Positions 38,898 to 49,678 of a stretch of DNA of 64,000 nucleotides are shown piece after piece. The stretch spans positions 141,563 through 205,562 of the forward strand of contig JAVZLH010000001.1 of assembly GCA_038883855.1 (NCBI GenBank), given 5' to 3'. The stretch comes from Candidatus Bathyarchaeia archaeon (lineage in GTDB: Archaea; Thermoproteota; Bathyarchaeia; Bathyarchaeales; Bathycorpusculaceae). Positions within the stretch are counted from its first letter, which is position 1; every line of letters begins with the position of its first letter. A program made the translations under genes and the position numbers. The notes beneath the pieces are model-generated. The model searched no databases, had not been told where the DNA came from, and saw nothing but the letters and a program-made list of their open reading frames with translations.

Positions 38898-39296
38898 ATG
38901 TCGGTTTGGCACGGAGACCTACATAAGAAAAAGCCTTCAGGAGGCAGAAGAAGACCCTACAGAGGAAAAAGAAAATTTGAAGAAGGCTCATTCCCGGTTG
39001 AAACAATATTGGGCGAGACAAAAAGGAAAGTGGAAAAAACTAGAGGCGGAAACATAAAAATCAAAGTTTTAAGCGACAAATACGCATGTGTAACAGATCC
39101 AAAAAGCGGAGAAACAGTCAAAACCGAAATCCTAAGAGTTGTTAAAAACCCAGCCAACATTGACTATGACCGCAGAGGTGTAATAACCAAAGGCGCAGAA
39201 ATAGAAACCCCCTTAGGGTTGGCTAGAGTTAGATCCCGCCCGGGACAAAACGGAGTCATAAACGCAGTTTTGATAAGCAAGGAAGAAAAAGCTTAG
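38898..39296 (+). CDS. rps8e: 30S ribosomal protein eS8
   Basis: KKPSGG...RGGNIK...SRPGQNG. Confidence 0.95.
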   Translation: MSVWHGDLHKKKPSGGRRRPYRGKRKFEEGSFPVETILGETKRKVEKTRGGNIKIKVLSDKYACVTDPKSGETVKTEILRVVKNPANIDYDRRGVITKGAEIETPLGLARVRSRPGQNGVINAVLISKEEKA

Positions 39297-39299
39297 GCT

Positions 39300-39602
39300 T
39301 CATTTATTTGACGGTTGCTGGCTTCGGATTTTTTGAAGAGTTTTCGCAATCTTTTTGATGGTTTTGTCTTTGGACTCGCTTTTCTCTACGAGAAGCATTC
39401 CAGTTTTCAGCCAAGGTGTCTTCGGGTAGCTGACATCCAAAACAACTTCATATTCCAAACCAAGCTTCTCAACAGCATCCCTGATCTCCGTGATCTTTGG
39501 AGATGGCACAGCCAAACTTTTTGGAATTCGCCGCCCCTCGCCTCTAGTTTTTGTCGAATCAAAGTAGGCTGGCCATATAATTATTTTCTCTTGTTTGCGC
39601 GT
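39300..39602 (-). CDS. srp19: Signal recognition particle protein SRP19 (ACG start)
   Basis: Upstream extension (T/M)RKQEKIIIWPAYFDSTKTRGEGRRIPK carries the SRP19 motif; an in-frame TAA lies six codons upstream. Confidence 0.9.
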   Translation of the reverse strand, partial: TRKQEKIIIWPAYFDSTKTRGEGRRIPKSLAVPSPKITEIRDAVEKLGLEYEVVLDVSYPKTPWLKTGMLLVEKSESKDKTIKKIAKTLQKIRSQQPSNK

Positions 39603-39621
39603 GTTCTCACAACCTCTTTAA

Positions 39622-41376
39622 TTATTTATGAGCGTAATAAGCCGTTAATTTCTTGTTAACTCTATCAATTCTGACGAAGCCAAATCTCTCAAACTGTATT
39701 ATGGTGTTTGGCTTTAGCCTGTTACAGGCGCTTTCAGCTATTCCTTCGGCTGTTGTGGCGTCTGGCATCATAACTTGGCATGGCATATCTTCCCCAACTG
39801 GTATCCAATGGATTAGCTTCGCCTTAGCTTTCTTCGCTTCCTCGTAGGCTTCACTAACAAATTGTGCTTCAGCGGAATATGAGCTTACATTTACTACTTT
39901 TACGTTAAAAAGCTCCATGAGACGCACTAACTCTTCGCCTTTCGCGTCGGCAGCATCTCTCCTCGTAATCCAGAGCTTAATAGAGCTGTCTTCTTTGGGC
40001 TTTATGGTGTATTCTCTGAAACCCCTCTCTGGATGTTCCGGATGCAAATTCAGCCTTACCTTAAAAGGCTTTGGAACACCCTTAACAGTCAACTCTATTG
40101 GATCTTGCACAAAAAAGTATCTGTTAACTGCTGGGTCGAGGATTTTGCGGTTGTAAGCGTACAGGTTCTCCCAACTTAAAACAACATCTGAAGTTTTGGG
40201 TCCAACTTCAATTATCAATTTTTTAATAGCTTCAGGAGTTATTCCCCGTCTTCTCAAGGCAGCAAAGGTTGCGAGGCGAGGATCATCCCAATCCTTGTAG
40301 AGGCCTTCTCTAATCCCTTGAACAATTTTTGACTTGCTTAAGGCTGCGCCTGTAATTTTTAATCTCCCGTAATGTATGGCTTCTGGATACTTCCAACCAA
40401 AATATTTGTACATATACTCTTGTCTAATCATGTTTGTGAGGTGCTCTTTTCCCCTTATTATGTGGGTTATGCCCATGAGGTGGTCGTCTATGCCGCAAGC
40501 GAAATTATATAGGGGCCATACATGGTATTTGCTTCCAACTCGTGGATGCGGATATTTGTCGCTGTCTATTACTCTTAGGGCTGGCCAGTCTCTAACCGCT
40601 GGGTTCGGATGGTTCAAATCAGTTTTTACCCGAAGTACCGCTTCACCTTCTTTATAGTCGCCTTTAAGCATGTGTTGCCATTTTGCAAGTTGTTCTTCTG
40701 GTGGCAAATTGCGGCATTCACAAGGTTGATTAGCTAGGATTTTCTTTCTGAAGGCTTCTGGTCTGCATGTGCATACGTAGGCGTTTCCGTCTTTCAACAG
40801 TTTTTCCGCATGCTCATAATATATGTGGATTCTGTCGCTTTGAATGTATTCCTCATCTGGCTTGCATCCAAGCCACGCTAAGTCCTCTCTAATACGGTCG
40901 TAAAACTCTAAAACAGGTCTCTTCAATTTTGGGTCCGTGTCTTCGAAGCGTAGGATGAACTTGCCCTTATACATGCGTGCGTACTCGTGGCATAATATTA
41001 TGGCTCTTGCTGAGCCCAGATGCAGAACGCAGTCTGGGTTGGGCGAGAAACGCGTTACAACTTTGTCATACTTTTCAACGTTTGGAAGAGGCGGAAGACG
41101 CTTTTCCTCTTCGGTTTTCTCCTCTTTTGTTAGTGTTTCAGGCCACTTTTCCTCGATGATTTTCCTCTGTTCGTTTAGCGTTAACTTGTTGACTTCCTCA
41201 ACTATTTTATTGATGAGAACTGACAGTTCCTTAACCTTTGTTTTAAGCTCTGGTTTTTCCGCTAAAATTTTTCCGATAACCGGGCCTGCTTGGGCTTTGC
41301 CATCATGCTTAACAGCGTTTAGTAAAGCGTTTTTTCGAATAATTTCTTTGAGTTCAACGTCTTCTTCGAGTGGCAA
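39622..41376 (-). CDS. gltX: Glutamyl-tRNA synthetase
   Basis: TRFSPNP, HLGS, RFEDTDP, LSKS and QFERFGF. Confidence 0.96.
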   Translation of the reverse strand: MPLEEDVELKEIIRKNALLNAVKHDGKAQAGPVIGKILAEKPELKTKVKELSVLINKIVEEVNKLTLNEQRKIIEEKWPETLTKEEKTEEEKRLPPLPNVEKYDKVVTRFSPNPDCVLHLGSARAIILCHEYARMYKGKFILRFEDTDPKLKRPVLEFYDRIREDLAWLGCKPDEEYIQSDRIHIYYEHAEKLLKDGNAYVCTCRPEAFRKKILANQPCECRNLPPEEQLAKWQHMLKGDYKEGEAVLRVKTDLNHPNPAVRDWPALRVIDSDKYPHPRVGSKYHVWPLYNFACGIDDHLMGITHIIRGKEHLTNMIRQEYMYKYFGWKYPEAIHYGRLKITGAALSKSKIVQGIREGLYKDWDDPRLATFAALRRRGITPEAIKKLIIEVGPKTSDVVLSWENLYAYNRKILDPAVNRYFFVQDPIELTVKGVPKPFKVRLNLHPEHPERGFREYTIKPKEDSSIKLWITRRDAADAKGEELVRLMELFNVKVVNVSSYSAEAQFVSEAYEEAKKAKAKLIHWIPVGEDMPCQVMMPDATTAEGIAESACNRLKPNTIIQFERFGFVRIDRVNKKLTAYYAHK

Positions 41377-41398
41377 GTGCTTACACTCTTAAGGGTGT

Positions 41399-42469
41399 TT
41401 AAATTTTCCTTTTAATCAAGAACTCTGCGAAGGCTTTTAGTTTTTCCTTTGCTTCGGAGGCTGGCAAAATTTTTTCCACTTCCCTCCAGCTTTCCTCTAC
41501 AATTTTTGTTGCGAAATGCTTCGCGTATTCGATGGAACCGTATTTCTCCATTAGTGCTATGGCTTCTTCCCGCAGTTTTTGGTCTGAAGTATGCATGTTA
41601 AGTATTTCTATAAGCCTTCTCTTGTCCTTGGAATTTGCGACTTTCAGCGTGTGAATAACTATTAGGGTTCTTTTTCCTTCAGTTATGTCTTTTCCGCGTC
41701 CGCCCTTTTTTTCTGCAAACTCTTCTCCTGTCAAGTCAAGGATGTCGTCTTGCATTTGAAAGGCTACTCCTATACTTTCGGCGAAATGACCAATTTTCTC
41801 TACTTGTTCTGTTGCGGCGTCAGCTAAAACAGCAGCCATTTTAGCAGCCATTCTAGCCAAGGTTCCAGTTTTGTAAGCGCACATCTGCAAATACTCTTCC
41901 TCGTTTATCTCGTTCGCGTTTGCTAGGCCTTTATGCCAAGCTATGTCCATTGCTTGTCCAAGGCTCAAGTTAATCATTTCTTGCACGTAAACCTCGTAGA
42001 TTTTGCAAAGTTTTTGTGGCGAAACTTTATCCTTGTTTTTTATTAGCGGCAGAAGCGGTAGATAGTACATAGCGTTTCCAGCGTTTATGGCTATGTCTAA
42101 ACCGTAGATTTTGTATGAGCAGGGCTTTCCTCTGCGGTAGTCTGAAGAGTCTTCTATGTCGTCTATGATTAGTGTCCCGTTGTGGATTACTTCTGGAATT
42201 ATGGCGAAGTCTAGGAAGTCCTCTGGGTTTTTGCCGAACGCCTCGCAGACCAGAAGAAATAGGGATGGGCGCCACCTTTTCCCACCTCTGTCGAGGAACT
42301 CCCAGATGGGCTCTGCTACGGCTTTGTTTAATGTTTCTAGGTTGTAGGCGTATCTCGGCGGGTTAAGTTTGAAAAGAATGGCTTCTTTGGAAATTTTTCT
42401 GGGAATGTATTTTTCGATGGTTTTGTCGATTAAGGTGGCTTTTTCCTCAAGAAGTTTTTCAATATCCAA
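41399..42469 (-). CDS. Polyprenyl (geranylgeranyl) diphosphate synthase
   Basis: GGKRWRP, DDIED..RRG, KTG and FQMQDDILD. Confidence 0.93.
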   Translation of the reverse strand: MDIEKLLEEKATLIDKTIEKYIPRKISKEAILFKLNPPRYAYNLETLNKAVAEPIWEFLDRGGKRWRPSLFLLVCEAFGKNPEDFLDFAIIPEVIHNGTLIIDDIEDSSDYRRGKPCSYKIYGLDIAINAGNAMYYLPLLPLIKNKDKVSPQKLCKIYEVYVQEMINLSLGQAMDIAWHKGLANANEINEEEYLQMCAYKTGTLARMAAKMAAVLADAATEQVEKIGHFAESIGVAFQMQDDILDLTGEEFAEKKGGRGKDITEGKRTLIVIHTLKVANSKDKRRLIEILNMHTSDQKLREEAIALMEKYGSIEYAKHFATKIVEESWREVEKILPASEAKEKLKAFAEFLIKRKI

Positions 42470-42472
42470 AGC

Positions 42473-43579
42473 CTAGCATCTCCCTCTTTTGGCGTAATCT
42501 TCTATGTTAAAGCCTCTAGTCCGCAGCCATTCCGCTGTTTTGCCAGTTATCACAACTGGTGCTTTCTGTAAATCTTTAACGGTTTTTGCGCCTACAAGAA
42601 ACATAGTGTTTCTCAATTCCTCAATTAAAAATGAAAGTATGTTTTCAGTTTCTTCGGCTCCTCCTTTAACTGCCGCTTTCAATATAGGGTGGGAAAGGCT
42701 TGTTAAGCTTGCACCTAAGGCTATAGCTTTCGCCATGTCCATGCCGCTGCGCACTCCACCAGACGCGATCACGGGTATTTTTACTGTTTGAGAAACTTCA
42801 ACGACGCTTATGGCTGTGGGGATGCCCCAATCCCAAAAAGCTTCGCCGAGTATGCTTTGAAACTTGTTTTCTTTCTCTTTTGCTCTATGGTATTCTACGG
42901 CAGCGAAGCTTGTGCCTCCGCTTCCGCTCACATCTATCGCCTTAACTCCAGCATCTTCAAGCTTTTTCGCCTCTTCAGCAGCTATTCCAGCACCCGTTTC
43001 TTTCGCAATTATTGGAACATCCAACTTTTCGGCTAGTTCGCTGATTTTTTCCAGCACTCCTTTAAAGTTTGTTTGTCCTTCTGGTTGTACGGCTTCCTGT
43101 AGCGGGTTTAAATGCACTGCCAAAGCATCTGCGTCAATCATCTTTATTGCTCTTTCGATTTCCTTTTTTTCATAGCTTCTTGCGAGCTGTACGCCTCCAA
43201 TGTTTGCGATTAGGAAGGCTGTGGGCGCCTTTTTTCTTGCTATCGCAAATGTTTCATCAAGCCTCTTGTCTTCTATCGCCGCGCGTTGGCTTCCAACTCC
43301 CATTCCAAGTCCAAGTTTTTCAACAGCCTCGGCTATTGCGGCATTTATTTTTGTCGCCTCTTTTGTTCCTCCTGTTATTGCTCCCACTATGAGGGGTGCA
43401 GAAAACTTGTGACCTAGAACGGTTGTTGATAGGTTTATTTCTTGTTTGTCGATTTCCGGCAGAGCTTTGTGGATTAGATAAACTTCCTCAAACCCTGTTG
43501 TAGCCTTTTTTGCTTGAACATCGTGGTTTAGGGAAATGCGAATATGCTCTTCCTTACGTCTTTCTGTTTCTTTAGCCAA
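42473..43579 (-). CDS. fni: Type 2 isopentenyl-diphosphate isomerase
   Basis: RKEEH, GVGSQR, HLNPLQE, KETGAG and GGTSF. Confidence 0.95.
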   Translation of the reverse strand: MAKETERRKEEHIRISLNHDVQAKKATTGFEEVYLIHKALPEIDKQEINLSTTVLGHKFSAPLIVGAITGGTKEATKINAAIAEAVEKLGLGMGVGSQRAAIEDKRLDETFAIARKKAPTAFLIANIGGVQLARSYEKKEIERAIKMIDADALAVHLNPLQEAVQPEGQTNFKGVLEKISELAEKLDVPIIAKETGAGIAAEEAKKLEDAGVKAIDVSGSGGTSFAAVEYHRAKEKENKFQSILGEAFWDWGIPTAISVVEVSQTVKIPVIASGGVRSGMDMAKAIALGASLTSLSHPILKAAVKGGAEETENILSFLIEELRNTMFLVGAKTVKDLQKAPVVITGKTAEWLRTRGFNIEDYAKRGRC

Positions 43580-43581
43580 AA

Positions 43582-44397
43582 TTACTCCTTCTCTATAAGT
43601 GTGCCTTCAACTTCTTCTTTTTTAAGAGCCTTATAAATGTAGTTTGGCTTAGAAGCATTGACGATTAACACAGGTATTCCGTTTTCTATTGCTGGTATAA
43701 GCTCGGCTATTTTACTAAACATTCCGCCAGTAACGTCACAAGCGGTTGACTTACCTATTTTGTTTTGGAGCCTCTTAAGCTCTTCTAACGTTAGGTGGTT
43801 GAACATTTTAGCGTTTTTTCTAACCTTTGGGTCATCATCATACAATCCGTCTACGTCAACACCGATTATAATACGCTCTGCATTAAGCCTCGTAGCAATG
43901 GTTGAAATTTGCTGGTCGCCGGAAAGAATTGTGAAGCCCAACTTTGTGTCCAAGACTGCATCGCCATAGAGAACTGGAAGAAAGCCCATGTCTAACAGCA
44001 TCCTTAACGGTGTGTCCTCAAAACATTTTATTCTTCCACCTTCTGTCAACATGCATGATGAGGGCGTTATGCTCACCGCTGGAATTCCCTGCCAAACCAA
44101 AGCGTCCATAAATAAACCGTTAAGAACAGTCATTATGTGGTGTGTTTCAGCGAAACCAATCCGCTGTGCTTCCTCTTTGAAACCGTCCTTTATGGCGTAT
44201 TTTTGGGCTACTGGATGACCGAAGCTTCCGCCGCCATGCACTATTATCAAGTTTTGAACATCTGCCTTCTTTATTTCTATGGCTATCCTGTTCATCACTT
44301 CTGTTCTTGCCTTCATCTCTTCGTTTTTGTCCGTTATCACGGAGCCGCCGACTTTCAAAATTGTTGGTTTAAGCGGTTTCAATTCTAACACCTTCAT
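43582..44397 (-). CDS. ipk: Isopentenyl phosphate kinase
   Basis: LKVGGSVIT, HGGGSFGH and DVTGGM. Confidence 0.93.
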   Translation of the reverse strand: MKVLELKPLKPTILKVGGSVITDKNEEMKARTEVMNRIAIEIKKADVQNLIIVHGGGSFGHPVAQKYAIKDGFKEEAQRIGFAETHHIMTVLNGLFMDALVWQGIPAVSITPSSCMLTEGGRIKCFEDTPLRMLLDMGFLPVLYGDAVLDTKLGFTILSGDQQISTIATRLNAERIIIGVDVDGLYDDDPKVRKNAKMFNHLTLEELKRLQNKIGKSTACDVTGGMFSKIAELIPAIENGIPVLIVNASKPNYIYKALKKEEVEGTLIEKE

Positions 44398-45355
44398 CCG
44401 TTTTTCTAGCTATAAATGGTCTTCCTCCAGCCCTTTGAATGGCTTCCACAACCTTTTCAATCTCCTCGCTTCTTGTTAATGCAATCATACATCCGCCGCC
44501 TCCAGCCCCTGTTAATTTCGCGCCTAAAGCCCCAGCCTTTCGCGCTGCGCTTATAAGCCATTCTAATGAATCGTCTGAAACACCTAACCCATAAAGCAAC
44601 GCGTGATTGATGTTCATCAATTCCCCAAGTGTTTCCAAGTCGTTGTCTTTTAATGCATCAACAGCCCTAAGAACAAGTTCTCTCGCAGCGTGCATCATAG
44701 GCTCTATAACGTGGGGATACTTGTTCTTGATATCCCGTACTTTTTCAACTTGAGTGCGTGTAGACCTTTCCACGCCAGTATAGCCTATAACCAATGGGAT
44801 GTCAGCCTCAACTTCAAGGGGTTTAAAACCAGTATCCATCTGAAACAAAAGTGTTCCTCCAAAGGTTGAAATTGCTGGGTCTATTCCCGAGGGGGAGCCA
44901 TGCACTATTTTTTCAGATTGAAAAGTTATGCGGAAAACTTCCTCTTTCGACAGTTCTACGCCTAAAAAGGCGCTGACAGCCTTGGTGACCGCGGCTACCA
45001 CAGCGGCGGAAGATCCTAAACCAGCGGCAACGGGAACTGTTGAGTTAATTTCAATGTTTAAGCCAACTTTTTCTCCACGTTTTTCCATGACTTTTTCTAC
45101 TGCCAGCTTGATTGGTTCAAACTTCATTATGGCTTCTCTGAAGTCGCCATGTTCAACTTTGAAGTTGCCGTTATCAAAGTATCCAGACAAGTTAAGGTTT
45201 GTTGAGTGTAGGTAAAGCTTTTTGTCACTGCGGCTTTCAACTTTTGCATAGGCTCTTCTATCTATGGCGGTTACTATGGCTGGTTCGCCGTATACAACAA
45301 AGTGTTCTCCGAAAAGTATCACTTTCGCCGGGGCTGAGGCAACGACACCCATCAT
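44369..45355 (-). CDS. mvk: Mevalonate kinase
   Basis: PAKVILFGEHFVVYG, GLGSSAA, SGID and KLTGAGGGG. Confidence 0.95.
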   Translation of the reverse strand: MMGVVASAPAKVILFGEHFVVYGEPAIVTAIDRRAYAKVESRSDKKLYLHSTNLNLSGYFDNGNFKVEHGDFREAIMKFEPIKLAVEKVMEKRGEKVGLNIEINSTVPVAAGLGSSAAVVAAVTKAVSAFLGVELSKEEVFRITFQSEKIVHGSPSGIDPAISTFGGTLLFQMDTGFKPLEVEADIPLVIGYTGVERSTRTQVEKVRDIKNKYPHVIEPMMHAARELVLRAVDALKDNDLETLGELMNINHALLYGLGVSDDSLEWLISAARKAGALGAKLTGAGGGGCMIALTRSEEIEKVVEAIQRAGGRPFIARKTDEGVRIETA

Positions 45356-45361
45356 CCACCA

Positions 45362-46213
45362 CTATTTTTTGAAGCAGACGGCAGCATACCCAACAACACT
45401 TGAGTAGTCGCCAATTATATCTCCACTTGTCTTATAACATAACACTTTTGCCTCTTTAGCCCCCAAAAGTTTTGAAGCAACAATCAAAGCGGCTATCGGA
45501 CCGTAGCCGCAAGCAGTAATGTGATGCGTTTCAATTGTTGAGTAGAATTTGTCTTCATTCATTTCTTCAACTGCTTCCAGAGCGGCTCTATCTTTCCTCT
45601 CCGCACTTTTCTGCGGCTCATAATGCGTCATGTCGGAAGACGCTATAACCACCGCGTTTTTACCAGCCAAAACCTTAGCCACAGCCTTACCAACTTCCTT
45701 AGCTGAAGACAAATCCTGCATCAAAAAACAGATCGGCACTATTTTGATTTCTGAGCCATAAAGGTACTGGAGAAAGGGAAGCTGAACCTCAATTGAGTGT
45801 TCAAAACGGTGAGCGGAGTCATCAACATCAACAATACGTGATTCACGAACAATCTGGTTGGCTGTTTCACCGTCAACTTCCACATCGCCCAAAGGAGTAC
45901 GCCAAAAACCCTCATTCATAACAGCCAAAGCACTGCCATAACCAGTGTGGTTTGGACCAAAAATGACAGCGACATCTGGCTTGCCGTCACAAGCAAGCGA
46001 GTAATAGGCGTGGGCTGCCACTGGACCAGAAAACATGTAACCAGCATGGGGACAAACTAAACCAGTAACCCTTTTCAAACCAGTTTTAACAACAGCTGGA
46101 ATTTTTCCGGGACCAAACTCGTGGAGAAAACAATTTTCAACCTGTCTTTTCAGCGACTCGGCGTTTCCCTCGTAGAATGCTCCAGCTTGTGTGGGACGCC
46201 GAACCTTCGCCAT
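45362..46213 (-). CDS. MEMO1 family protein (AmmeMemoRadiSam system B)
   Basis: AGAFY, PHAGY, GPNH, EHSIEVQLP, SSDMTHY and CGYGP. Confidence 0.92.
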   Translation of the reverse strand: MAKVRRPTQAGAFYEGNAESLKRQVENCFLHEFGPGKIPAVVKTGLKRVTGLVCPHAGYMFSGPVAAHAYYSLACDGKPDVAVIFGPNHTGYGSALAVMNEGFWRTPLGDVEVDGETANQIVRESRIVDVDDSAHRFEHSIEVQLPFLQYLYGSEIKIVPICFLMQDLSSAKEVGKAVAKVLAGKNAVVIASSDMTHYEPQKSAERKDRAALEAVEEMNEDKFYSTIETHHITACGYGPIAALIVASKLLGAKEAKVLCYKTSGDIIGDYSSVVGYAAVCFKK

Positions 46214-46217
46214 TTTG

Positions 46218-46910
46218 TTAGGTTTCCTCCTCCTTTGAGATTTTAGCTTCAAAATCCTCTATGGTTAAGGGTAAATCCTTGTCTGGAGGCAGTTCGCCCC
46301 TTTCTCTCAAAATCTGTCTTGCCAACAACCAGTAAATCACAGCTAAGGCGCGTCTGCCCTTATTGTTTGTTGGAATAACTAGGTCTACCCCTGAAAACTC
46401 GTTGTCCGTGCTGCATAATGCAACAACCGGTATGCCGGCTGCCGAAGCCTCCTTAACAGCTTGGAAATCCGCCCTCGGATCAGAAACTATCAAAACTTCG
46501 GGTTCAATGCGGTTTGGATAAAGCGTGTTTGTCAAAAGTCCTGGTATAAATCGTCCAATTATCGGAGTTGCCCCTGTTACTTCGCAGAATTTCTTAACCG
46601 GCTCTTGAGCGTACAGTCTGGCGGCGGCTGCGGCAATTTTTGCTGGTTCGAATCTGGCTAGAAACTTTGCAGCCACCCTTATACGTTCATCAGTTTTTTT
46701 CACGTCTAAAACGAATAGGCCGTCTGGTCTAACACGGTAAATGAAGTTTTCCATGTCTCCGGTTTTCATGCGTGTTCCAATGTGTATGCCCGCAGATAAT
46801 AAGGCGTCTCGCTGCATCAGCAACTCTTCTTCTGCAATCCCTTCGGTTTCTTCCTCGGAGCTACTTTCGCTTTTCGTCTCTTTCTTTTCTTTATCCTCAG
46901 CCATTTTCAT
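46218..46910 (-). CDS. rps2: 30S ribosomal protein uS2
   Basis: GIHIGT, GRFIPG and IPTNNKG. Confidence 0.96.
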   Translation of the reverse strand: MKMAEDKEKKETKSESSSEEETEGIAEEELLMQRDALLSAGIHIGTRMKTGDMENFIYRVRPDGLFVLDVKKTDERIRVAAKFLARFEPAKIAAAAARLYAQEPVKKFCEVTGATPIIGRFIPGLLTNTLYPNRIEPEVLIVSDPRADFQAVKEASAAGIPVVALCSTDNEFSGVDLVIPTNNKGRRALAVIYWLLARQILRERGELPPDKDLPLTIEDFEAKISKEEET

Positions 46911-48169
46911 CTCCCCAGAATCTTTTTAAGATCAGCCATTTTAGCCCTATCTTCAAGAAACTCTTCTATCCTTATCAACTCGTTTATCTTCGCAATCCTC
47001 GCCCCTTCAACAATTCCCGTTTTTATTATCGGGCATCTGAAGGCTACAGCCAAATGGGCTATGTGCCAGTCGCATGTGTCGCCTGAACGGTGGGACATTG
47101 TTGGCACGTACCCATTCCTTTTAGCCAAATCCACTGTTTCCAAAGCGTCTGTGATTGTGCCCACCTGGTTTACTTTTATTATGATGGCGTTGGCTGCACC
47201 TTTTTCTATTCCGCGGCTTAATCTCTCGCTGTTTGTTGCAAACAGGTCGTCGCCGCAAATCAAACATCCCTTAACCTTCTTTGTTAGTTCCGCAAAGCTT
47301 GCGAAGTCTTCTTCCTGGAAGGGGTCTTCAACATACAATAAATTATATTTTTTTATAAGCTCCAAAATGTACTCCAACTGCTCTCCTGAATCGCGTTTTT
47401 TCCCCTCTCTTGCGTAGTCATAAACTTTTCCCCTTTTATTCCATAGCGAGGATGCAGCAACATCGATACCAATACCGCATTTGAATCCAAGCTCATTGCC
47501 AACTTCTTCGCATGCCTTAGTTAAAACATCAAGTGCCTCTAAGTCTGTTATGTTGGCAACCCATGCTCCTTCGTCGCTTTTTCCACCGCTAAACAGTTCA
47601 TTCTTCTCTTTTAACATGATACCAGCTTTTCTATGAATTTTGGCGTTGGCAATAGCTGCCTCTAAGAAGTTTTCAGCTTCGTAGGGAAGGGCTAGAAATT
47701 CTTGGAAGTCTGGTGTTTTCCCCCTAGTGTGTTTTCCACCGCTTATTACATTTCCAAGAGGATATGGGAGTTCGTTGGCGATGTACCCTCCTAAGTATTG
47801 AAAGAGAAGAATGCCGTAAGAGTTTGCGGCTGCCTCCGCGGTGGCTAGGGAAATGGCGAACGCCGTGTTTCCACCTATAACTCTAAAGTCCTTTGAACCA
47901 TCTATTTCGTGTAGCATCCGGTCAATTTCATATTGGGAATCGGCGTTCAAACCTATTAATTCAGGAGCTATTAACTCTTCAACTTTTTCTACGGCCTTGT
48001 CCACACTTCCATCCGGATAGTAGACAACTTCAGCTCTGCCGCGGCTTTCTCCAGCTGGTGCGGACGCTCTTCCAAACCCGGATGTTGTTGTTACGTCAAC
48101 CTCGATTGTTTCTTGCCCTCGGCTAAGGAAAACTTTTCTGGCAATTATATCTTCAATGATTGTTGACAT
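46907..48169 (-). CDS. eno: Enolase
   Basis: QEF, DEG, DVAAS, EDPF, GDDL, IKVNQ and SHRSG. Confidence 0.94.
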   Translation of the reverse strand: MSTIIEDIIARKVFLSRGQETIEVDVTTTSGFGRASAPAGESRGRAEVVYYPDGSVDKAVEKVEELIAPELIGLNADSQYEIDRMLHEIDGSKDFRVIGGNTAFAISLATAEAAANSYGILLFQYLGGYIANELPYPLGNVISGGKHTRGKTPDFQEFLALPYEAENFLEAAIANAKIHRKAGIMLKEKNELFSGGKSDEGAWVANITDLEALDVLTKACEEVGNELGFKCGIGIDVAASSLWNKRGKVYDYAREGKKRDSGEQLEYILELIKKYNLLYVEDPFQEEDFASFAELTKKVKGCLICGDDLFATNSERLSRGIEKGAANAIIIKVNQVGTITDALETVDLAKRNGYVPTMSHRSGDTCDWHIAHLAVAFRCPIIKTGIVEGARIAKINELIRIEEFLEDRAKMADLKKILGR

Positions 48170-48195
48170 GCTTTCACTTCTCTACTATGTTATCC

Positions 48196-48423
48196 CTAGT
48201 ATGTTTTAACCTCTTTTCGTTTTTCAGCCTCTTCATAAAAGCGGAGAACCTCGTCGATAATTTCCACATGTGATAGTAACATGCGCCTACAACAGTATCG
48301 TTTAAACCCTAGGCTGTCTAAAACCTCGCTTGCGCTTTCTCCTGCTTTAGTCCTTCTGGCAAACTCTTCCCATTTATCTCCAATCAATTTACCACACGTG
48401 AAACATCTTACGGGTATAATCAT
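48196..48423 (-). CDS. rpoN: RNA polymerase subunit N (Rpo10)
   Basis: [11 protein letters not shown]...RYCCRRM. Confidence 0.97.
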   Translation of the reverse strand: MIIPVRCFTCGKLIGDKWEEFARRTKAGESASEVLDSLGFKRYCCRRMLLSHVEIIDEVLRFYEEAEKRKEVKTY

Positions 48424-48441
48424 CCATCCACCTCCCTCTTT

Positions 48442-48855
48442 TCATCTATAGCTTTTCTGGTCTCTGGCCCGCGCGCCGGGTCCGCCAAACTTCTTTGGTT
48501 CCTTCCGTCTTGGATCTCCAGCGAGTAACGTTCTGTCATATTCCGTAAATATCCTTTTTAGCTGTGGACTTTTTTTGTTCCACTCCCACAGTCCCCTTGC
48601 AATTGCCATTCTTGCGGCTTCCGCTTGGCCCATGTAGCCTCCTCCATAAACTTTTACATCTATATCCAATTGTTTCCAAATTTCGTCTCCAGCCTGTATG
48701 AGGGGTTCCAAAATTTTCTCACGTGCAACTTCCGGCTCAAAAATTTCTATGGGAACTTTATTTATGCATACTCTTCCGACTCCAGGCTTAATTAGGGCGC
48801 GTGCTATCGCCGTCTTCCTTTTTCCGCTTACCGCTAAAACTTTTTTAGTTGTCAT
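48442..48855 (-). CDS. rps9: 30S ribosomal protein uS9
   Basis: [15 protein letters not shown] and QKSYR. Confidence 0.96.
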   Translation of the reverse strand: MTTKKVLAVSGKRKTAIARALIKPGVGRVCINKVPIEIFEPEVAREKILEPLIQAGDEIWKQLDIDVKVYGGGYMGQAEAARMAIARGLWEWNKKSPQLKRIFTEYDRTLLAGDPRRKEPKKFGGPGARARDQKSYR

Positions 48856-48857
48856 AT

Positions 48858-49310
48858 TTATCCTCCAGAGCTCCATCCGATTTCCTTTGCAAGTTCCTCA
48901 ATCGTGAAGTAAGAACATGATAACTTTTTGGCTTGGGCGTCCATTATGGTTTCCATTTTTTTATCCTTAAGTTCTTCAGGTATTCCGATAAACACTTTAA
49001 GTCTTTTAAATGCTTGTTTTCCTTTTGGTTGTTTGTAGGGAAGCATGCCTCTAACAGTTCTCCTAACTATCCTGTCTGGTCTTTTATGATGAAACGGTCC
49101 TTTTTTCGAGGATCCAACTTCAAGAAATTCTTTAGCTTCCACAAATTTACTTTTTTTCTTCCCCGAAAGCACAACCTTTTCCGCATTCACGATTATGATT
49201 TCTTCTCCGTTTAACAAGCGTTTAGCAATCGTGCTTGCCATTCTGCCGAGGATTAAGCCCTCAGCATTTATTATTGTGGCTTGTTTGCTTGTTGACTCCA
49301 TTTGCTTCAC
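48858..49310 (-). CDS. rpl13: 50S ribosomal protein uL13
   Basis: ILGRMAS and RTVRGMLP. Confidence 0.96.
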   Translation of the reverse strand: MKQMESTSKQATIINAEGLILGRMASTIAKRLLNGEEIIIVNAEKVVLSGKKKSKFVEAKEFLEVGSSKKGPFHHKRPDRIVRRTVRGMLPYKQPKGKQAFKRLKVFIGIPEELKDKKMETIMDAQAKKLSCSYFTIEELAKEIGWSSGG

Positions 49311-49678
49311 CCGATTATCTTTACGTTTGAACCCTTAGGGTTTTTCTTGACAAGCTCAAAAACGGATAAACACTTGCCCTTTACAGCCTTTATTTTTTCT
49401 TTTGCTGTTTCCGAAAAAGCGAAAGCTGCCACAGTAATTGAATGGTCTATTTTGCCTGCGCCCAGAACTTTGCCCGGAACCACCACAGTTTCATTTTCTT
49501 GCGTATACCTATTTAAGTGACTTAAGTTCACAGCTATGCCTTTTCTTCTAGGCTTAGAAAGTTTTTCTGCAATTTCACGCCAGATGTTAGCCTCTTTTTC
49601 TTTACTTTGCTTTTTTAGTAAACGGATAAGCTTTGTAAGCTCTGGATTTGTTTTTTCAGTATTCTTCACCATTTTCAC
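49307..49678 (-). CDS. rpl18e: 50S ribosomal protein eL18
   Basis: TNP...VNLSHL...VPGKVLG...NPKG. Confidence 0.95.
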   Translation of the reverse strand: MKMVKNTEKTNPELTKLIRLLKKQSKEKEANIWREIAEKLSKPRRKGIAVNLSHLNRYTQENETVVVPGKVLGAGKIDHSITVAAFAFSETAKEKIKAVKGKCLSVFELVKKNPKGSNVKIIG

